Source: Betaproteobacteria bacterium
GTDB lineage: Bacteria > Pseudomonadota > Gammaproteobacteria > Burkholderiales > CAIKXV01
NCBI GenBank assembly: GCA_947457885.1
Contig: CANGXU010000004.1
Location: 222-64,221, forward strand
Length of the DNA: 64,000 bases
Direction: 5' to 3'
In this document: in pieces, positions 43,603 through 53,915 of the stretch
Layout of the letters: every line of letters begins with the position of its first letter
How positions within the stretch are numbered: the first letter of the stretch is position 1
The notes under the pieces: model-generated
Told to the model about the DNA's origin: nothing
The model's input: the letters and a program-made list of their open reading frames with translations, nothing else
Database searches by the model: none
Position numbers and translations under genes: made by a program

Positions 43603-43650
43603 TGCCGCCGGGCTTTTCGCGCCGGCACGGTCTGCGCTGCCGCGGGCCGC

Positions 43651-43656
43651 TATAAT
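43651..43656 (+). promoter_or_regulatory. Sigma70 -10 element upstream of prfB
   Basis: Perfect TATAAT 25 nt before the prfB ATG in a GC-rich context. Confidence 0.5.
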
Positions 43657-43680
43657 CGACGGTTTATCGCGGGAATATCC

Positions 43681-44785
43681 ATGGAAGCCGAACGCCTGAA
43701 TTCGCTCTCCGACAGCCTGGCCGGTTTCGGCCGGCGCACGGACGAGCTGCGGAGGTATCTTTGACTTCGATACCAAGCTCACACGCCTGAAGGAGGTCAG
43801 CCGCGACCTGGAAGACCCTGCCGTCTGGGCCGACACCAAGCGCGCACAGGAACTGGGGCGCGAGCGCAAGCAGCTCGAGGATATCGTCACCCGCATGCAA
43901 GCCGCCGAACAGATGATCGCGGACACGCAGGAGCTGTTCGAGATGGCGCGCGGCGAGGACGACACCGGCACGCTCGAACAGCTCGCCGGAGACATCGAAC
44001 AGCTCGAGAAGGCCATCGCCCGGATGGAGTTCGAGCGGATGTTCAACGATCCGCTGGACCCCGCCAACTGCTTCATCGACATCCAGGCCGGCACCGGCGG
44101 CACCGAGGCGCAGGACTGGGCGCAGATGCTCGAGCGCATGTACTTGCGCTTCTGCGAGCGGCGCGACTTCAAGGTCGAACTGCTGGAAGAGTCCAGCGGT
44201 GACGTCGCCGGCATCAAGAGCGCGTCGATCAAGGTCAGCGGCCCGTACGCCTACGGCACGCTGCGCACCGAGGCCGGCGTGCACCGCCTGGTGCGCAAGT
44301 CGCCGTTCGATTCGAACGCACGCCGGCATACGTCCTTCGCGAGCGTGTTCATCTATCCCGAGGTCGACGACTCGATCGAGGTGACGATCAATCCCGCCGA
44401 CCTGCGCATCGATACATTCCGCGCGTCGGGCGCGGGTGGCCAGCACATCAACAAGACCGACTCCGCGATCCGCATCACCCACCTGCCGACGAACATCGTC
44501 GTGCAGTGCCAGAGCGACCGCTCGCAGCACCGTAACCGGGCCGAGGCGATGGCGATGCTCAAGTCGCGCCTGTACGAGCTCGAACTGCGCAAGCGGAACG
44601 AGGAGAAGCAGGCGATGGAAGAGTCGAAGACCGACATCGCCTGGGGCCACCAGATCCGCTCCTACGTGCTCGACCAGTCGCGTATCAAGGACCTGCGCAC
44701 CAACCACGAGGTCGGCGACACGCAGCGCGTGCTGGACGGCGACCTCGACGACTTCATCAACGCCAGCCTCAAGCAGGGTGTGTAA
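43681..44785 (+). CDS. prfB: Peptide chain release factor 2 (programmed +1 frameshift)
   Basis: ATG 43681 MEAERLN...LRRYL, then CTT TGA C at 43759-43765; the +1 frame continues DFD...'SPF', 'GGQ'. Confidence 0.97.
43751..43765 (+). promoter_or_regulatory. prfB autoregulatory +1 ribosomal frameshift site
   Basis: GGAGG-TAT-CTT-TGA-C: internal SD plus slippery CTTT plus UGA. Confidence 0.95.
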
Positions 44786-46300
44786 ATGACCGACGCTTCC
44801 AGCACCCCTCCGGCCGCTCAGGTCGACACCGACCATATCGTCGCCGAGCGGCGCGCCAAGCTGGCTGCGCTGCGCGCCGCCGGCATCGCCTATCCGAACG
44901 ATTTCGAACGCTTGCACCTTGCCGGTGACCTGCAGGCCACCCACGCCGGCCACGACAAGGCCGCGCTCGATGCGAACCCGGTCGAGGTGACGCTGGCCGG
45001 CCGCATCCTGCTCAAGCGGGTGATGGGCAAGGCGAGCTTTGCCAGCGTGCGCGACGGGTCGGGCATGATCCAGCTCTACGTGTCCGACGATGGCACCGGC
45101 ACCGAGGCGCACGAGGCATTCAAGCACTATGACCTGGGCGACATCGTCGGTGCGACCGGCGTGCTGTTTCGCACCAAGACCGGCGAACTCACGGTACGCG
45201 TATCGTCGATCCGGCTACTGACCAAGTCGCTGCGGCCGCTGCCGGAGAAATTCCACGGCCTGACCGATCAGGAGCAGCGCTACCGGCAGCGCTACCTCGA
45301 CCTGATGGTGAACGAAGACTCGCGCAGGACCTTCCTCGCGCGCTCGCGCACCGTGCAGGCAGTGCGGCAGTTCCTGCTCGACCGGGGCTACCTGGAAGTC
45401 GAGACGCCGATGATGCACCCGATACCGGGAGGCGCGAACGCGCGGCCGTTCGCGACCCACCACAATGCCCTCGACATGGAGCTGTTCCTGCGCATCGCGC
45501 CCGAGCTGTATCTGAAGCGACTGGTGGTGGGCGGCTTCGAACGGGTGTTCGAGATCAACCGCAATTTCCGCAACGAGGGCATCTCGACGCGGCACAATCC
45601 CGAGTTCACGATGCTCGAGTTCTACTCGGCCTACACTCGCTACCGCGAGCTGATGGCGCTGACCGAGCAGATGTTCGCGGAGGTCGCGCGCACCGTCACC
45701 GGCAGCGAGAAGATCACCTACCAGGGCCGCGAGCTCGACTTCGGCAAGCCGTTCGCGAAGCTCACGATCCTCGAGGCGATCGCGAAGTACGCGCCGCAGT
45801 ACACCCCGGCACAACTGTCCGACCGAAGCTGGCTGATGGGCGAACTCGTGCGGCTGGGCGAGACCGTGCACCCCGACGACGGACTGGGCGGCATGCAGTT
45901 GTCATTGTTCGATGCGACGGTCGAGACGCAGCTGTTCGAACCGACCTTCATCATCGACTACCCGACCGAAGTGTCGCCGCTCGCCCGGCGCAACGATGCC
46001 GATCCGTCCATCACCGAGCGCTTCGAGCTGTTCATCGCCGGACGCGAGATCGCCAACGGTTTCTCCGAGCTGAACGATCCCGACGAGCAGGCCTCGGTGT
46101 TCCGGCAACAAGCGAACCGGAAGGAGTCGGGCGATGCAGAGGCGATGCACTACGACGCTGACTACGTGCGCGCGCTAGAGTACGGCCTGCCGCCGTGCGG
46201 CGGGGAAGGCATCGGTATCGACCGGCTGGTGATGCTGCTGACCGACAGCAGCACGATTCGCGACGTGATCCTGTTCCCGCAGATGCGGCGCGAGGACTGA
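44786..46300 (+). CDS. lysS: Lysine--tRNA ligase (class II)
   Basis: 'MGKASF', '[12 protein letters not shown]', 'RNEG...HNPEFT', 'GIGIDRL'. Confidence 0.98.
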   Translation: MTDASSTPPAAQVDTDHIVAERRAKLAALRAAGIAYPNDFERLHLAGDLQATHAGHDKAALDANPVEVTLAGRILLKRVMGKASFASVRDGSGMIQLYVSDDGTGTEAHEAFKHYDLGDIVGATGVLFRTKTGELTVRVSSIRLLTKSLRPLPEKFHGLTDQEQRYRQRYLDLMVNEDSRRTFLARSRTVQAVRQFLLDRGYLEVETPMMHPIPGGANARPFATHHNALDMELFLRIAPELYLKRLVVGGFERVFEINRNFRNEGISTRHNPEFTMLEFYSAYTRYRELMALTEQMFAEVARTVTGSEKITYQGRELDFGKPFAKLTILEAIAKYAPQYTPAQLSDRSWLMGELVRLGETVHPDDGLGGMQLSLFDATVETQLFEPTFIIDYPTEVSPLARRNDADPSITERFELFIAGREIANGFSELNDPDEQASVFRQQANRKESGDAEAMHYDADYVRALEYGLPPCGGEGIGIDRLVMLLTDSSTIRDVILFPQMRRED

Positions 46301-46315
46301 CGCGCCACCTGGCAG

Positions 46316-46852
46316 CTACGCCGCCACGACCGTATCGAAGCTGAGGTCCCAGCGGTACGGGCGATCCGAGCCCTCGACATCGGTGGCACCCGCGCGGCGC
46401 ACGCGCCCGAGCAGGCGCTCGCCAGCCCTCGCCTCACCCGCCAGTTCGATGCCGCCGTCCTTCACCCAGTCCCGGCTCTGGCGGTTGAAGGCCACCGGCG
46501 ATCCGCCCATGTTCGCGAACAGCACCGAGTAGCGCACGAGGCTGTCGAACCCTGCCTTGCCTGGCCCCTTCAGGCGCAGCTCCAGGACCAGATGTGGCGT
46601 CGTGCGCGCAACCATCGCCTGCGTGACCGACCGCAGGCGCCTGATCTCGTCGAGGATCGCTGACGGCAAAGGTTCCGGGAAGAACCCGACCGTCGCCAGG
46701 GTACCGTCTGCAGACCCCAGCGCGATGCCCGATCCGAATGCGAAATCGTTGCCCAGCCAGTGCGCGGTGGCTTCGAGCCTGTCGCCACGGCTGCAACCGG
46801 GCAACGCCAGCACGCCCACCGCAGCAAGCAGCGCGCGCCGCCGGGTATTCAA
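46316..46852 (-). CDS. Hypothetical lipoprotein
   Basis: TTG start overlapping the upstream stop; 'MNTRRRALLAAVGVLALPGC' (twin-Arg-like N-region with lipobox-like LPGC). Confidence 0.65.
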   Translation of the reverse strand: MNTRRRALLAAVGVLALPGCSRGDRLEATAHWLGNDFAFGSGIALGSADGTLATVGFFPEPLPSAILDEIRRLRSVTQAMVARTTPHLVLELRLKGPGKAGFDSLVRYSVLFANMGGSPVAFNRQSRDWVKDGGIELAGEARAGERLLGRVRRAGATDVEGSDRPYRWDLSFDTVVAA

Positions 46853-47595
46853 GGGGCAACGCCCGCGAGGCGCTCGAGCAGTGCCGGCAGATGCGACACG
46901 TCTTCGATCAGGTGTGCGCCGCCTTCGCGAGCCAGCTTGTCGCGGCTGTGTGCGCCGCTGCATACCGCGACATTCACGCCGCAACCGGCGTTGCGGCCCG
47001 ACTGGATGTCGAGCACCGTGTCGCCGATGTTCAGCACCTCGGCCACCGATGTGATCCCGGTACGTTCCATCGCGCGGAAGATCATGTATGGCGCGGGACG
47101 GCCCTGCGCCACGTCGTCGCCGCAGACGAGGGCATCGGCCACACCCTTGCGTCTGCCATTGCCTTCGCCCTGGTCCCAGCCCACGGCGGACAGCACCAGC
47201 GCCTGGGTATCGCGATCGAAACCCGTGTTGAGCACGATCGCCACCCCGCGCCGGCGCAGCCACTCGAACACCTCGACGGCCCCCGCGACCGGTCGCGCGC
47301 CACCGGCACGGAACCGGCGGTCGAGCTCACCCCGGAATGCGTCATAGGCGGCCTCGGCATGGCGGTCCAGGTCGACATCGCCGCGGCGCGCCTGCACGAG
47401 TTGGCGGATCGCATCGCGCTTGCCGGCACCGCGAATCGCGTCGAGTTCTTCAGCGGTGGCCGACAACCCCTGCGACGCAAGCGCGGCGTCGAAGGCAAGT
47501 GGCACCACCCCGGTATCCTGGATGGTAGTGCCCGCCATGTCGAATACGGCGAGGCGTATGGGCAGCCCCAGTGTTGCCTGCGGGAACTCAGTCAT
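46849..47595 (-). CDS. HAD hydrolase, phosphonatase-like (PhnX-like) subfamily
   Basis: Motif I 'FDMAGTT', 'LNTGF', 'GRPAPYMI', 'IGDTVLDIQSG'. Confidence 0.88.
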   Translation of the reverse strand: MTEFPQATLGLPIRLAVFDMAGTTIQDTGVVPLAFDAALASQGLSATAEELDAIRGAGKRDAIRQLVQARRGDVDLDRHAEAAYDAFRGELDRRFRAGGARPVAGAVEVFEWLRRRGVAIVLNTGFDRDTQALVLSAVGWDQGEGNGRRKGVADALVCGDDVAQGRPAPYMIFRAMERTGITSVAEVLNIGDTVLDIQSGRNAGCGVNVAVCSGAHSRDKLAREGGAHLIEDVSHLPALLERLAGVAP

Positions 47596-47661
47596 CGTCG
47601 GTCACTCCTGCGCGAATCCTTGCCGTTTTCAGCGCGCGGCGACGCAGCGTATCCGGTCGGC

Positions 47662-48054
47662 TCAATCGTCGATTGCGTGCGCCATGAGTTGCGCGAGCGT
47701 GACCACGGACAATGCCGCCTGATGGGTCGCGGCAAGTACCACGCGCGGCGCCATCCCGGCATCGAGCGCCTCCTTCCAGCGCGTGACGCACAGGCACCAC
47801 CGGTCACCGGGATTCAGCCCGTCGAACCCGTAGGCCGGCATCGGTGTGCTGAGATCGTTACCGCGCGCCTTCGAGAAGGCGAGGAATTCGGCCGTCACCC
47901 GGGCACACACGGTGTGGCTGCCGAAGTCGTCGGCCGCAGTCTCGCAGCAGCCAGTGCGGAAATAGCCGGTCAGCGGCTGTAACGAGCAGGTCGCCAGCGG
48001 CGAGCCGAGGACGTTGAGCTGGGAAGACCCGCCACCGCCGTGTGATCCGTCCAT
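47662..48054 (-). CDS. DUF2237 family protein
   Basis: 'NVLG..L..CS..PLTGYFRTGCC...HTVCA...GNDLSTP...GDRWCLC'. Confidence 0.92.
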   Translation of the reverse strand: MDGSHGGGGSSQLNVLGSPLATCSLQPLTGYFRTGCCETAADDFGSHTVCARVTAEFLAFSKARGNDLSTPMPAYGFDGLNPGDRWCLCVTRWKEALDAGMAPRVVLAATHQAALSVVTLAQLMAHAIDD

Positions 48055-48065
48055 GGACGCCTCCG

Positions 48066-48875
48066 TCAACCCGCGTTGCGCAGCACGATCGGGGTTTCGG
48101 GTACCGGGAAGCCGGCCTCTCCGAACGACTCGCGTATGGTGCGGTTCGTATCGAAGTACACCTGCCAGTAGTGGTCGTTGTTGCAGTACGGCCGCACGGC
48201 CAGCACCGGCCCGCTCGGCGTGAAGTCGAGGATCTCGACGTCGGGCGCAGGCGCCTCCAGCACGTTCGGAATCTTCGCGATGCGGTCGCGCAGCAACGCG
48301 ATCGCCGCAGCATGGTCGGCACTCTGCGCGAGCTGGGCCTTGAGGTCGACCCTTCGATAGGCGTTCGCGGAATAGTTCTGGATGCTGTCGCCGAAGATCC
48401 GATTGTTGCCGACGATGGTCAGCACGTTGTCAGGCGTATTGATCGCGGTGCCGAACAGGCCGATCTCCTTCACAGTGCCGGTGACGCTGCCGGCGGTGAC
48501 GAAATCGCCCACCTTGAACGGCCGCAGCACGACCAGGAAAGCGCCGGCCGCGAAATTGGCGAGCAACCCGCCCCAGGCCGCGCCGATGGCGACGCCGACG
48601 CCGGCGACCAGTGCCGCGAAGGTGGTCGTCTCCACGCCGAAGTAACCGAGGATCGCGACGACCAGCGCGATCTTCAGCACCACGGCGACGAACGAACCGA
48701 TGTAGCGCAGGATGGTCGGTTCGACCTTCTGCCGCTCGAGCGCCGCGCTGAGCACGCGCACGGCAAGGTTGATCAGCCAGGTGCCCACGACCCAGAACGC
48801 GATCGCGGCGGCGACCTGGAACGCACCATGGATCAGGATCGGCTGCGCCGTAGTCCAGAATTCAGCGATGTTCAT
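48066..48875 (-). CDS. mscS: Small-conductance mechanosensitive channel (MscS family)
   Basis: 3 TM; 'LANFAAG', 'RPFKVGD', 'GTVKEIGLFGT'. Confidence 0.92.
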   Translation of the reverse strand: MNIAEFWTTAQPILIHGAFQVAAAIAFWVVGTWLINLAVRVLSAALERQKVEPTILRYIGSFVAVVLKIALVVAILGYFGVETTTFAALVAGVGVAIGAAWGGLLANFAAGAFLVVLRPFKVGDFVTAGSVTGTVKEIGLFGTAINTPDNVLTIVGNNRIFGDSIQNYSANAYRRVDLKAQLAQSADHAAAIALLRDRIAKIPNVLEAPAPDVEILDFTPSGPVLAVRPYCNNDHYWQVYFDTNRTIRESFGEAGFPVPETPIVLRNAG

Positions 48876-49053
48876 TCTTCGAGGCCCCCGTGCACGTTGT
48901 CGAGTCGCGGATGGTGCAGGATAGGAACGTACAACTCAAGGACCGCACCTCGGCCTGGCCGCACGCGCGGACGCTCCGGAACCGCGGTAGCATCGCGGCC
49001 CCGGTCCGGGCGAACCCGGCCGGCCTCCGGAACCCGTGCCTGGAAACCCGTTC

Positions 49054-50457
49054 ATGAGCCAGAACAGCCCTGCCCCCGCCCTGCCAGACGTGTCGGTCGC
49101 CGAACGCCTCGTGGACCTCGCGCTGGCGATCGACCCGAAGACGCTGCCTGCGGCCGTACGCACTCAGGCCGAGTCGCTTCTGCTCGACGTCGCCGGCCTG
49201 TGCGTGGCGGCACGAGACACCGACTATATCCGGGCGCTCGTGGCCTCGGTCGACAGCGGCGGGCCGGCGACGGCGATCGGCCATGCCGCACGCTTCAGTG
49301 CCGAGGATGCCGCGCTGATCAACGGCACGGCCGCGCACGGCGAGGATTTCGACGACACATACGAAGGCGGCCCAGTACACAGCGCCACGGTGATCGTGCC
49401 CGCCGTGCTCGCGGCCTGCGAACGTTTCGGGCGCGACGGGCAGTCTGCGCTCGCCGGTATCGTCGCCGGCACCGAAGCCCTGTGCCGGATGAGCCGCGTC
49501 GTGCCGAAGGCGATCCACCGCTCGGGTTTCCATCCCACCGCCATCCTCGGCACCATGGCCGCCACGCTGGCGGTATCGGTCGCGCTCGGCCTGACGCGCC
49601 GGCAGGCCGTCGATGCGCTGGGCACGGCCGGCAGCATGGCCAGCGGCATCATCGAGTACCTCGCAGAAGGTTCGTGGACCAAGCGCCTGCATGCCGGATG
49701 GGCGGCGCAGTGCGGCGTTCGCGCCGCGCGCATCGGGCAGCAGGGGTTCTTCTCGCCGCGCACCGTGTTCGAAGGAACGCATGGTCTGTACAACGGCTTC
49801 GCACACAGCGCCGAGGGCGACTATGCCGCGCTGCTGGACGGCTTCGGCACCGAGTGGACGATGCTGTCGATCACCTTCAAGCCGTATGCCACCGGCACGA
49901 TGAACCAGCCGTACATCGACTGTGCCCTGCGCCTGGCGCGCCGGGCACAGGCCGAGGGATTCAGGGCCGAGGACGTGGTCGACGTGCTGTGCGAGACCGC
50001 CGAGGGCTACGTGCATCGCCTCTGGGAGCCGCTCGCCTCCAAGCACCGGCCGGCGACCGAATACGGCGCGAAGTTCAGCGCCCCGTTCAACATCGCGGTC
50101 GGCTTCATCACGGGCGCAGCGGGTCTGGACGCCTTCACCCCGGTCACGGTACGCGACGAGCGCATCCTCGCCCTCGCTTCCAAGGTGCGCTACGTCGTCG
50201 ACCCGGCGAATCCGTATCCGCGCGCCTACACCGGGCATGTCCGGTTCACGCTGACCGACGGGCGCGTGGTCGAGGAGCGCCAGCCGTTCATCCGCGGTGG
50301 CGTGCACGCCCCGCTGTCGCGCGAAGAACTCGAGTCCAAGTTCTGCGGCAATACCGCCTACGGACGGTGGAGCGACAACGCATCTGCGCGCCTGCTGGCG
50401 GCGACGCGGTCGCTCTACGACGGGCCGGTGGAACTGTCCGCCTTCCGCCCTGACTGA
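49054..50457 (+). CDS. MmgE/PrpD family protein
   Basis: 'NGTAAHGEDFDD', 'GFHPT', 'KRLHAG', 'FKPY', 'AKFSAP'. Confidence 0.92.
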   Translation: MSQNSPAPALPDVSVAERLVDLALAIDPKTLPAAVRTQAESLLLDVAGLCVAARDTDYIRALVASVDSGGPATAIGHAARFSAEDAALINGTAAHGEDFDDTYEGGPVHSATVIVPAVLAACERFGRDGQSALAGIVAGTEALCRMSRVVPKAIHRSGFHPTAILGTMAATLAVSVALGLTRRQAVDALGTAGSMASGIIEYLAEGSWTKRLHAGWAAQCGVRAARIGQQGFFSPRTVFEGTHGLYNGFAHSAEGDYAALLDGFGTEWTMLSITFKPYATGTMNQPYIDCALRLARRAQAEGFRAEDVVDVLCETAEGYVHRLWEPLASKHRPATEYGAKFSAPFNIAVGFITGAAGLDAFTPVTVRDERILALASKVRYVVDPANPYPRAYTGHVRFTLTDGRVVEERQPFIRGGVHAPLSREELESKFCGNTAYGRWSDNASARLLAATRSLYDGPVELSAFRPD

Positions 50458-50470
50458 GGGACACCAGGGC

Positions 50471-51619
50471 TCAGTAGTACACCTTTCCGTCGAACAGCCG
50501 GCGCGCGGTTCGATAGAACGAACCGCGCAGCGCGGACCACCGCCCAGCCTGGCACTCCACCTCGGCACCCACGGTGAGTACACCGGAGGGCATTGCGATA
50601 CGCAGTGCCCCGCCGGCAGCACCGTGGCCGCCATCGGTTCGCCGTGCGCGCCAGGCAACCGTACCCTCGATGGACGCCGCGACCGCGATGCACAGCGACG
50701 CGGTCAGCGGCAGCGCACGGTGCGGCTGTCCGTTGGACAGCATGCGCGCCGTCAGGTCGACCGCGTCGGCCACGATCGACTCGCCCGACAGCGTATGCGC
50801 TGCCTTCGGCGGCGACACGAAGCCGACGAAAGGCACCACCGTGCGGCTGCGCGCCTCGTCGATCGTACGGGCGAGGCCCATCGCGACCGATGCCTGCAGC
50901 CGGATCGCCGACAGGCGCTCCATCGCCACCGCATCGGCCTCGAGGTCACCGGGCATCTCGAGCCCGGACAGCCCCAGCGACGAGGCCGCGACCAGCACGC
51001 AGGCATTGGCCGCATCGACCATCGACACCTCGACCGGCCCCAGCCCAGGCACGTCGATTCGATCCACCACGTTTCCGGTCGGCAACAGGCGGCCGGTGCT
51101 GGCGCCGCCGGGCGAAAGAAAGTCGAGGCGGATCGGGGCACCGGTCCCGGCGACGCCGGGAATCGACAGTTCGCCCGTCTCCACCGCCTGGCCGCCATGC
51201 ACCGGGAACGTGGCATGGATGATCTTGTCGGTGTTCGTGTTGTAGATGCGCACCGTCGCCTGCCCATCGGCCGCCTCGACCAGTCCTTCGTCCACCGCGA
51301 ACGGCCCGACTGCCGATGACATGTTGCCGCAGTTGCCGCTGTAGTCGACATGCGCATCCTTCACCATCACCTGGGCGAAGGTGTAGTCGATGTCGGCATC
51401 GGCGCGCGCCGAGCGCGAGAGCACGCACACCTTCGACACCGACGACAGGCCGCCACCCATTCCGTCGAGCTGGCGGCCGTTGGGATCAGGCGATCCCATC
51501 GCGCGCAGGAATATCGCATTCCAGCCGCCCTGTTCGGAGGGCAGGTCCTGCCGGTGCAGCATCAGGGCCTTGCTGGTGCCGCCTCTCATGAATACGGCGG
51601 GTAGTCGATGACGATTCAT
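50471..51619 (-). CDS. PrpF family isomerase/tautomerase
   Basis: 'MRGGTSK', 'GSPDPNGRQLDGMGGG', 'NCGNMSSAVGPFA', 'RTARRLFDG'. Confidence 0.92.
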   Translation of the reverse strand: MNRHRLPAVFMRGGTSKALMLHRQDLPSEQGGWNAIFLRAMGSPDPNGRQLDGMGGGLSSVSKVCVLSRSARADADIDYTFAQVMVKDAHVDYSGNCGNMSSAVGPFAVDEGLVEAADGQATVRIYNTNTDKIIHATFPVHGGQAVETGELSIPGVAGTGAPIRLDFLSPGGASTGRLLPTGNVVDRIDVPGLGPVEVSMVDAANACVLVAASSLGLSGLEMPGDLEADAVAMERLSAIRLQASVAMGLARTIDEARSRTVVPFVGFVSPPKAAHTLSGESIVADAVDLTARMLSNGQPHRALPLTASLCIAVAASIEGTVAWRARRTDGGHGAAGGALRIAMPSGVLTVGAEVECQAGRWSALRGSFYRTARRLFDGKVYY

Positions 51620-51646
51620 CTCGGGGTCTCCACGGATCGGGGGGGG

Positions 51647-52801
51647 CTACAACAGCGGCAGCGGGCCTGGGGCACGCTGCACGCTCCATGTGCTGTCGTC
51701 CATGTGCTGGCAGGAACCGAAGCGGTAGGACGGCGCGACGCCGGGCCATGCAAACCGGGCGTCGTAGAACCACGCACAGACCTGGCGCACGTCGACACGA
51801 TACTCGACATGGCTTAGCACGGTGTAGACGCTGAACCGGCGGAATCCGGCGAACTCCGGCCGGCTCCAGGCCGTGCGCGCGAACTCGGCCCGGCCACCCT
51901 CGTCGCCAAAGCGGAATACCTGGATCCAACGGGCCTGAGCGGGCTCGGCGTACGCCGCGCTCAGCCTGGCCAGCGCCGAGCGGACGGACAGCGGCTCGAC
52001 GACGCTCGGACCGCCCGGTATCGCCGCGACACTCGTCGATGCGTCGGGAGCGCCGTCGCGCGGCTCGTCCGCGGCTGCCCCGACGGGGACCGACGGCCAT
52101 GTGCCGACCTTCAACCAGGCGAGGTCGAAGGCATCGCCGTGAGCCACCAGAACCTGCCAGTTGCGCGGCGAGAACGGCTGCGGAAATGCATGGACATGAG
52201 CGTCGCCGGATGGATAGTGCGACGCGATCGCTGCGCCGGCGTCCAGCGCCTCCGCTCGCCACTGCCAGAGCAGTACAAGATAGCCCGTGGTGGCCGCGAA
52301 GGCCGCGATGGCAACCCACCGCCCGAGCATCGGCCGTCGCCACGCGACGATCACGGCAGCCGCCACGACGACAGTGATCCACAGGTCCAGCGGAAACAGC
52401 AGAGGAACCGCGTAAAGGCTTTCGGCGACCGGATACCAGGGTCGGATGCCGGACGCCGTGACCAGGTCAGCGCCGAGGTGGACCAGCAGCGCGGGCCCGG
52501 TGACGAACAGCAAGACCGGCCACTGCCTGGGGCGCCGGGCGATCCATGCGAACAGCGCGGCGAGCGCCAGCGCCAGCACCGGCAGCACCAGCAGGGAATG
52601 CGTCCACAAGCCTGCGGACGCGAGGACGGCCAGGGGATCCCCGGCGCGGGGCAGGTGCGCGAGGTCTGGCAACACGCCGGCCACCGCGCCAGCAGACAGC
52701 CACGACGCACGGCCGACGGTACCTGCCCTGGCGCGTATCGGTTCGACCGCCAGCGCGACCAGCAGGCCGGCCAGCAGATGCGTCAGCGGATCCAGGGGCA
52801 C
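51647..52801 (-). CDS. Membrane-bound metal-dependent hydrolase (YdjM/DUF457-like)
   Basis: 'DPLTH', 'LPDL', 'THSL', 'HLGADLVTASG'. Confidence 0.82.
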   Translation of the reverse strand: MPLDPLTHLLAGLLVALAVEPIRARAGTVGRASWLSAGAVAGVLPDLAHLPRAGDPLAVLASAGLWTHSLLVLPVLALALAALFAWIARRPRQWPVLLFVTGPALLVHLGADLVTASGIRPWYPVAESLYAVPLLFPLDLWITVVVAAAVIVAWRRPMLGRWVAIAAFAATTGYLVLLWQWRAEALDAGAAIASHYPSGDAHVHAFPQPFSPRNWQVLVAHGDAFDLAWLKVGTWPSVPVGAAADEPRDGAPDASTSVAAIPGGPSVVEPLSVRSALARLSAAYAEPAQARWIQVFRFGDEGGRAEFARTAWSRPEFAGFRRFSVYTVLSHVEYRVDVRQVCAWFYDARFAWPGVAPSYRFGSCQHMDDSTWSVQRAPGPLPLL

Positions 52802-52823
52802 TCGCCCCAAGCGGTCAGGGCGT

Positions 52824-53684
52824 TCACCGCAGTTCCTCCACCCGCACCTGCACCCGTCGCTCTTCCGCGGAGGAAGACGTGGTGCGGCCCAGCAGCACCG
52901 ACTGACGGTCGCCAGAGGTCCGCACCGTCCCGCCGAGGTCTATCCATTCGCCCAGGCGGCCACGTGCGGTCGTGGAGAGTTGCTGCGTATCGACCGTCCC
53001 GTGCCCGGCTCCCTGGGCGATCGACTGCCGCTGCGGCAGGATATCGAGCATCACCTCATCGCCGGACAGGCGCACGACGACCTGGAAACCGGTTGATGCC
53101 TCACGATACTCGATGGTGTCGATCGCCTGCAGGCCGGATGGGCCCCTTACGATCTGCCGTACCGGCACCGGGATCGACCGACCAGCCTGGATCATGGCCG
53201 GCTGTCCTTCGAGTGCCTGCACCTGCTGTATCGCCCGGTCGGTTCCGCTGCGTGCGGTTGAATAGGCCCGTACGCCCGCAGCCGCACCCGGCGGCAGACT
53301 GCCCACTGCAATGTCCGTCTGCCCCACGCCGGCCCGTACGCCGGCGACGACGCCATCGGCACCGGACGCCTGGTCGACATCCTGACGAACGCTGATCAAC
53401 AGGCGGCGCGGCATCGTGTCGATGCGCTCGAGTACCGCGCGGATCTCGGCCAGGTTCTGCGGCGTGGTGTGCACGATCAGCTGGTTCTGGATGCCGCTCA
53501 CCGTGCCGGGCGCAGGCACCAGCGGGCGGATCAGCGGCACCATCTGGTCTGCCGTGCGGTAACGCAGCGGCAGGATGCCCATGACCAGCGACTGGGCCAG
53601 CGCCAGCGGTTGCATGACCAGCAGCAGCATCGCCAGGATGGCGCACCGGCTGGGAACGAGATGACCGTACCTTAGCTTTCTCAT
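52824..53684 (-). CDS. Short secretin-like protein (N3 domain plus reduced secretin domain)
   Basis: Signal peptide; 'LRYRTADQMVPLI...NQLIVHTTPQNLAEIRAVLERID.MPRRLLISV' (N3); 'ALEGQPAMIQAG', 'YREASTGF', 'GEWIDLGG'. Confidence 0.75.
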   Translation of the reverse strand: MRKLRYGHLVPSRCAILAMLLLVMQPLALAQSLVMGILPLRYRTADQMVPLIRPLVPAPGTVSGIQNQLIVHTTPQNLAEIRAVLERIDTMPRRLLISVRQDVDQASGADGVVAGVRAGVGQTDIAVGSLPPGAAAGVRAYSTARSGTDRAIQQVQALEGQPAMIQAGRSIPVPVRQIVRGPSGLQAIDTIEYREASTGFQVVVRLSGDEVMLDILPQRQSIAQGAGHGTVDTQQLSTTARGRLGEWIDLGGTVRTSGDRQSVLLGRTTSSSAEERRVQVRVEELR

Positions 53685-53915
53685 CGCATCCTTCCTGCCG
53701 TGCTGTATCGGGCACGGCCTGAACAGAAGGCCCGGTTCATCGGGGCTGGAATTGCCATCGACGACAGGCTGTGGCATCCTGCGCCGCGTTCGGAAAGGCA
53801 CAGATGGCCGAACGGCAGGTAAGGGATGTCCCGGGGGTGCAAGTTCAATCCGATAGTGCCGCAAAAATCAGACTTCTGCTTGGTAATCAAGCATCTCTGA
53901 AAGGATCTTCAGAAC

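Noticed and set aside
43681-43764. prfB as a pseudogene with an internal stop
   Set aside because: It is the canonical programmed frameshift.
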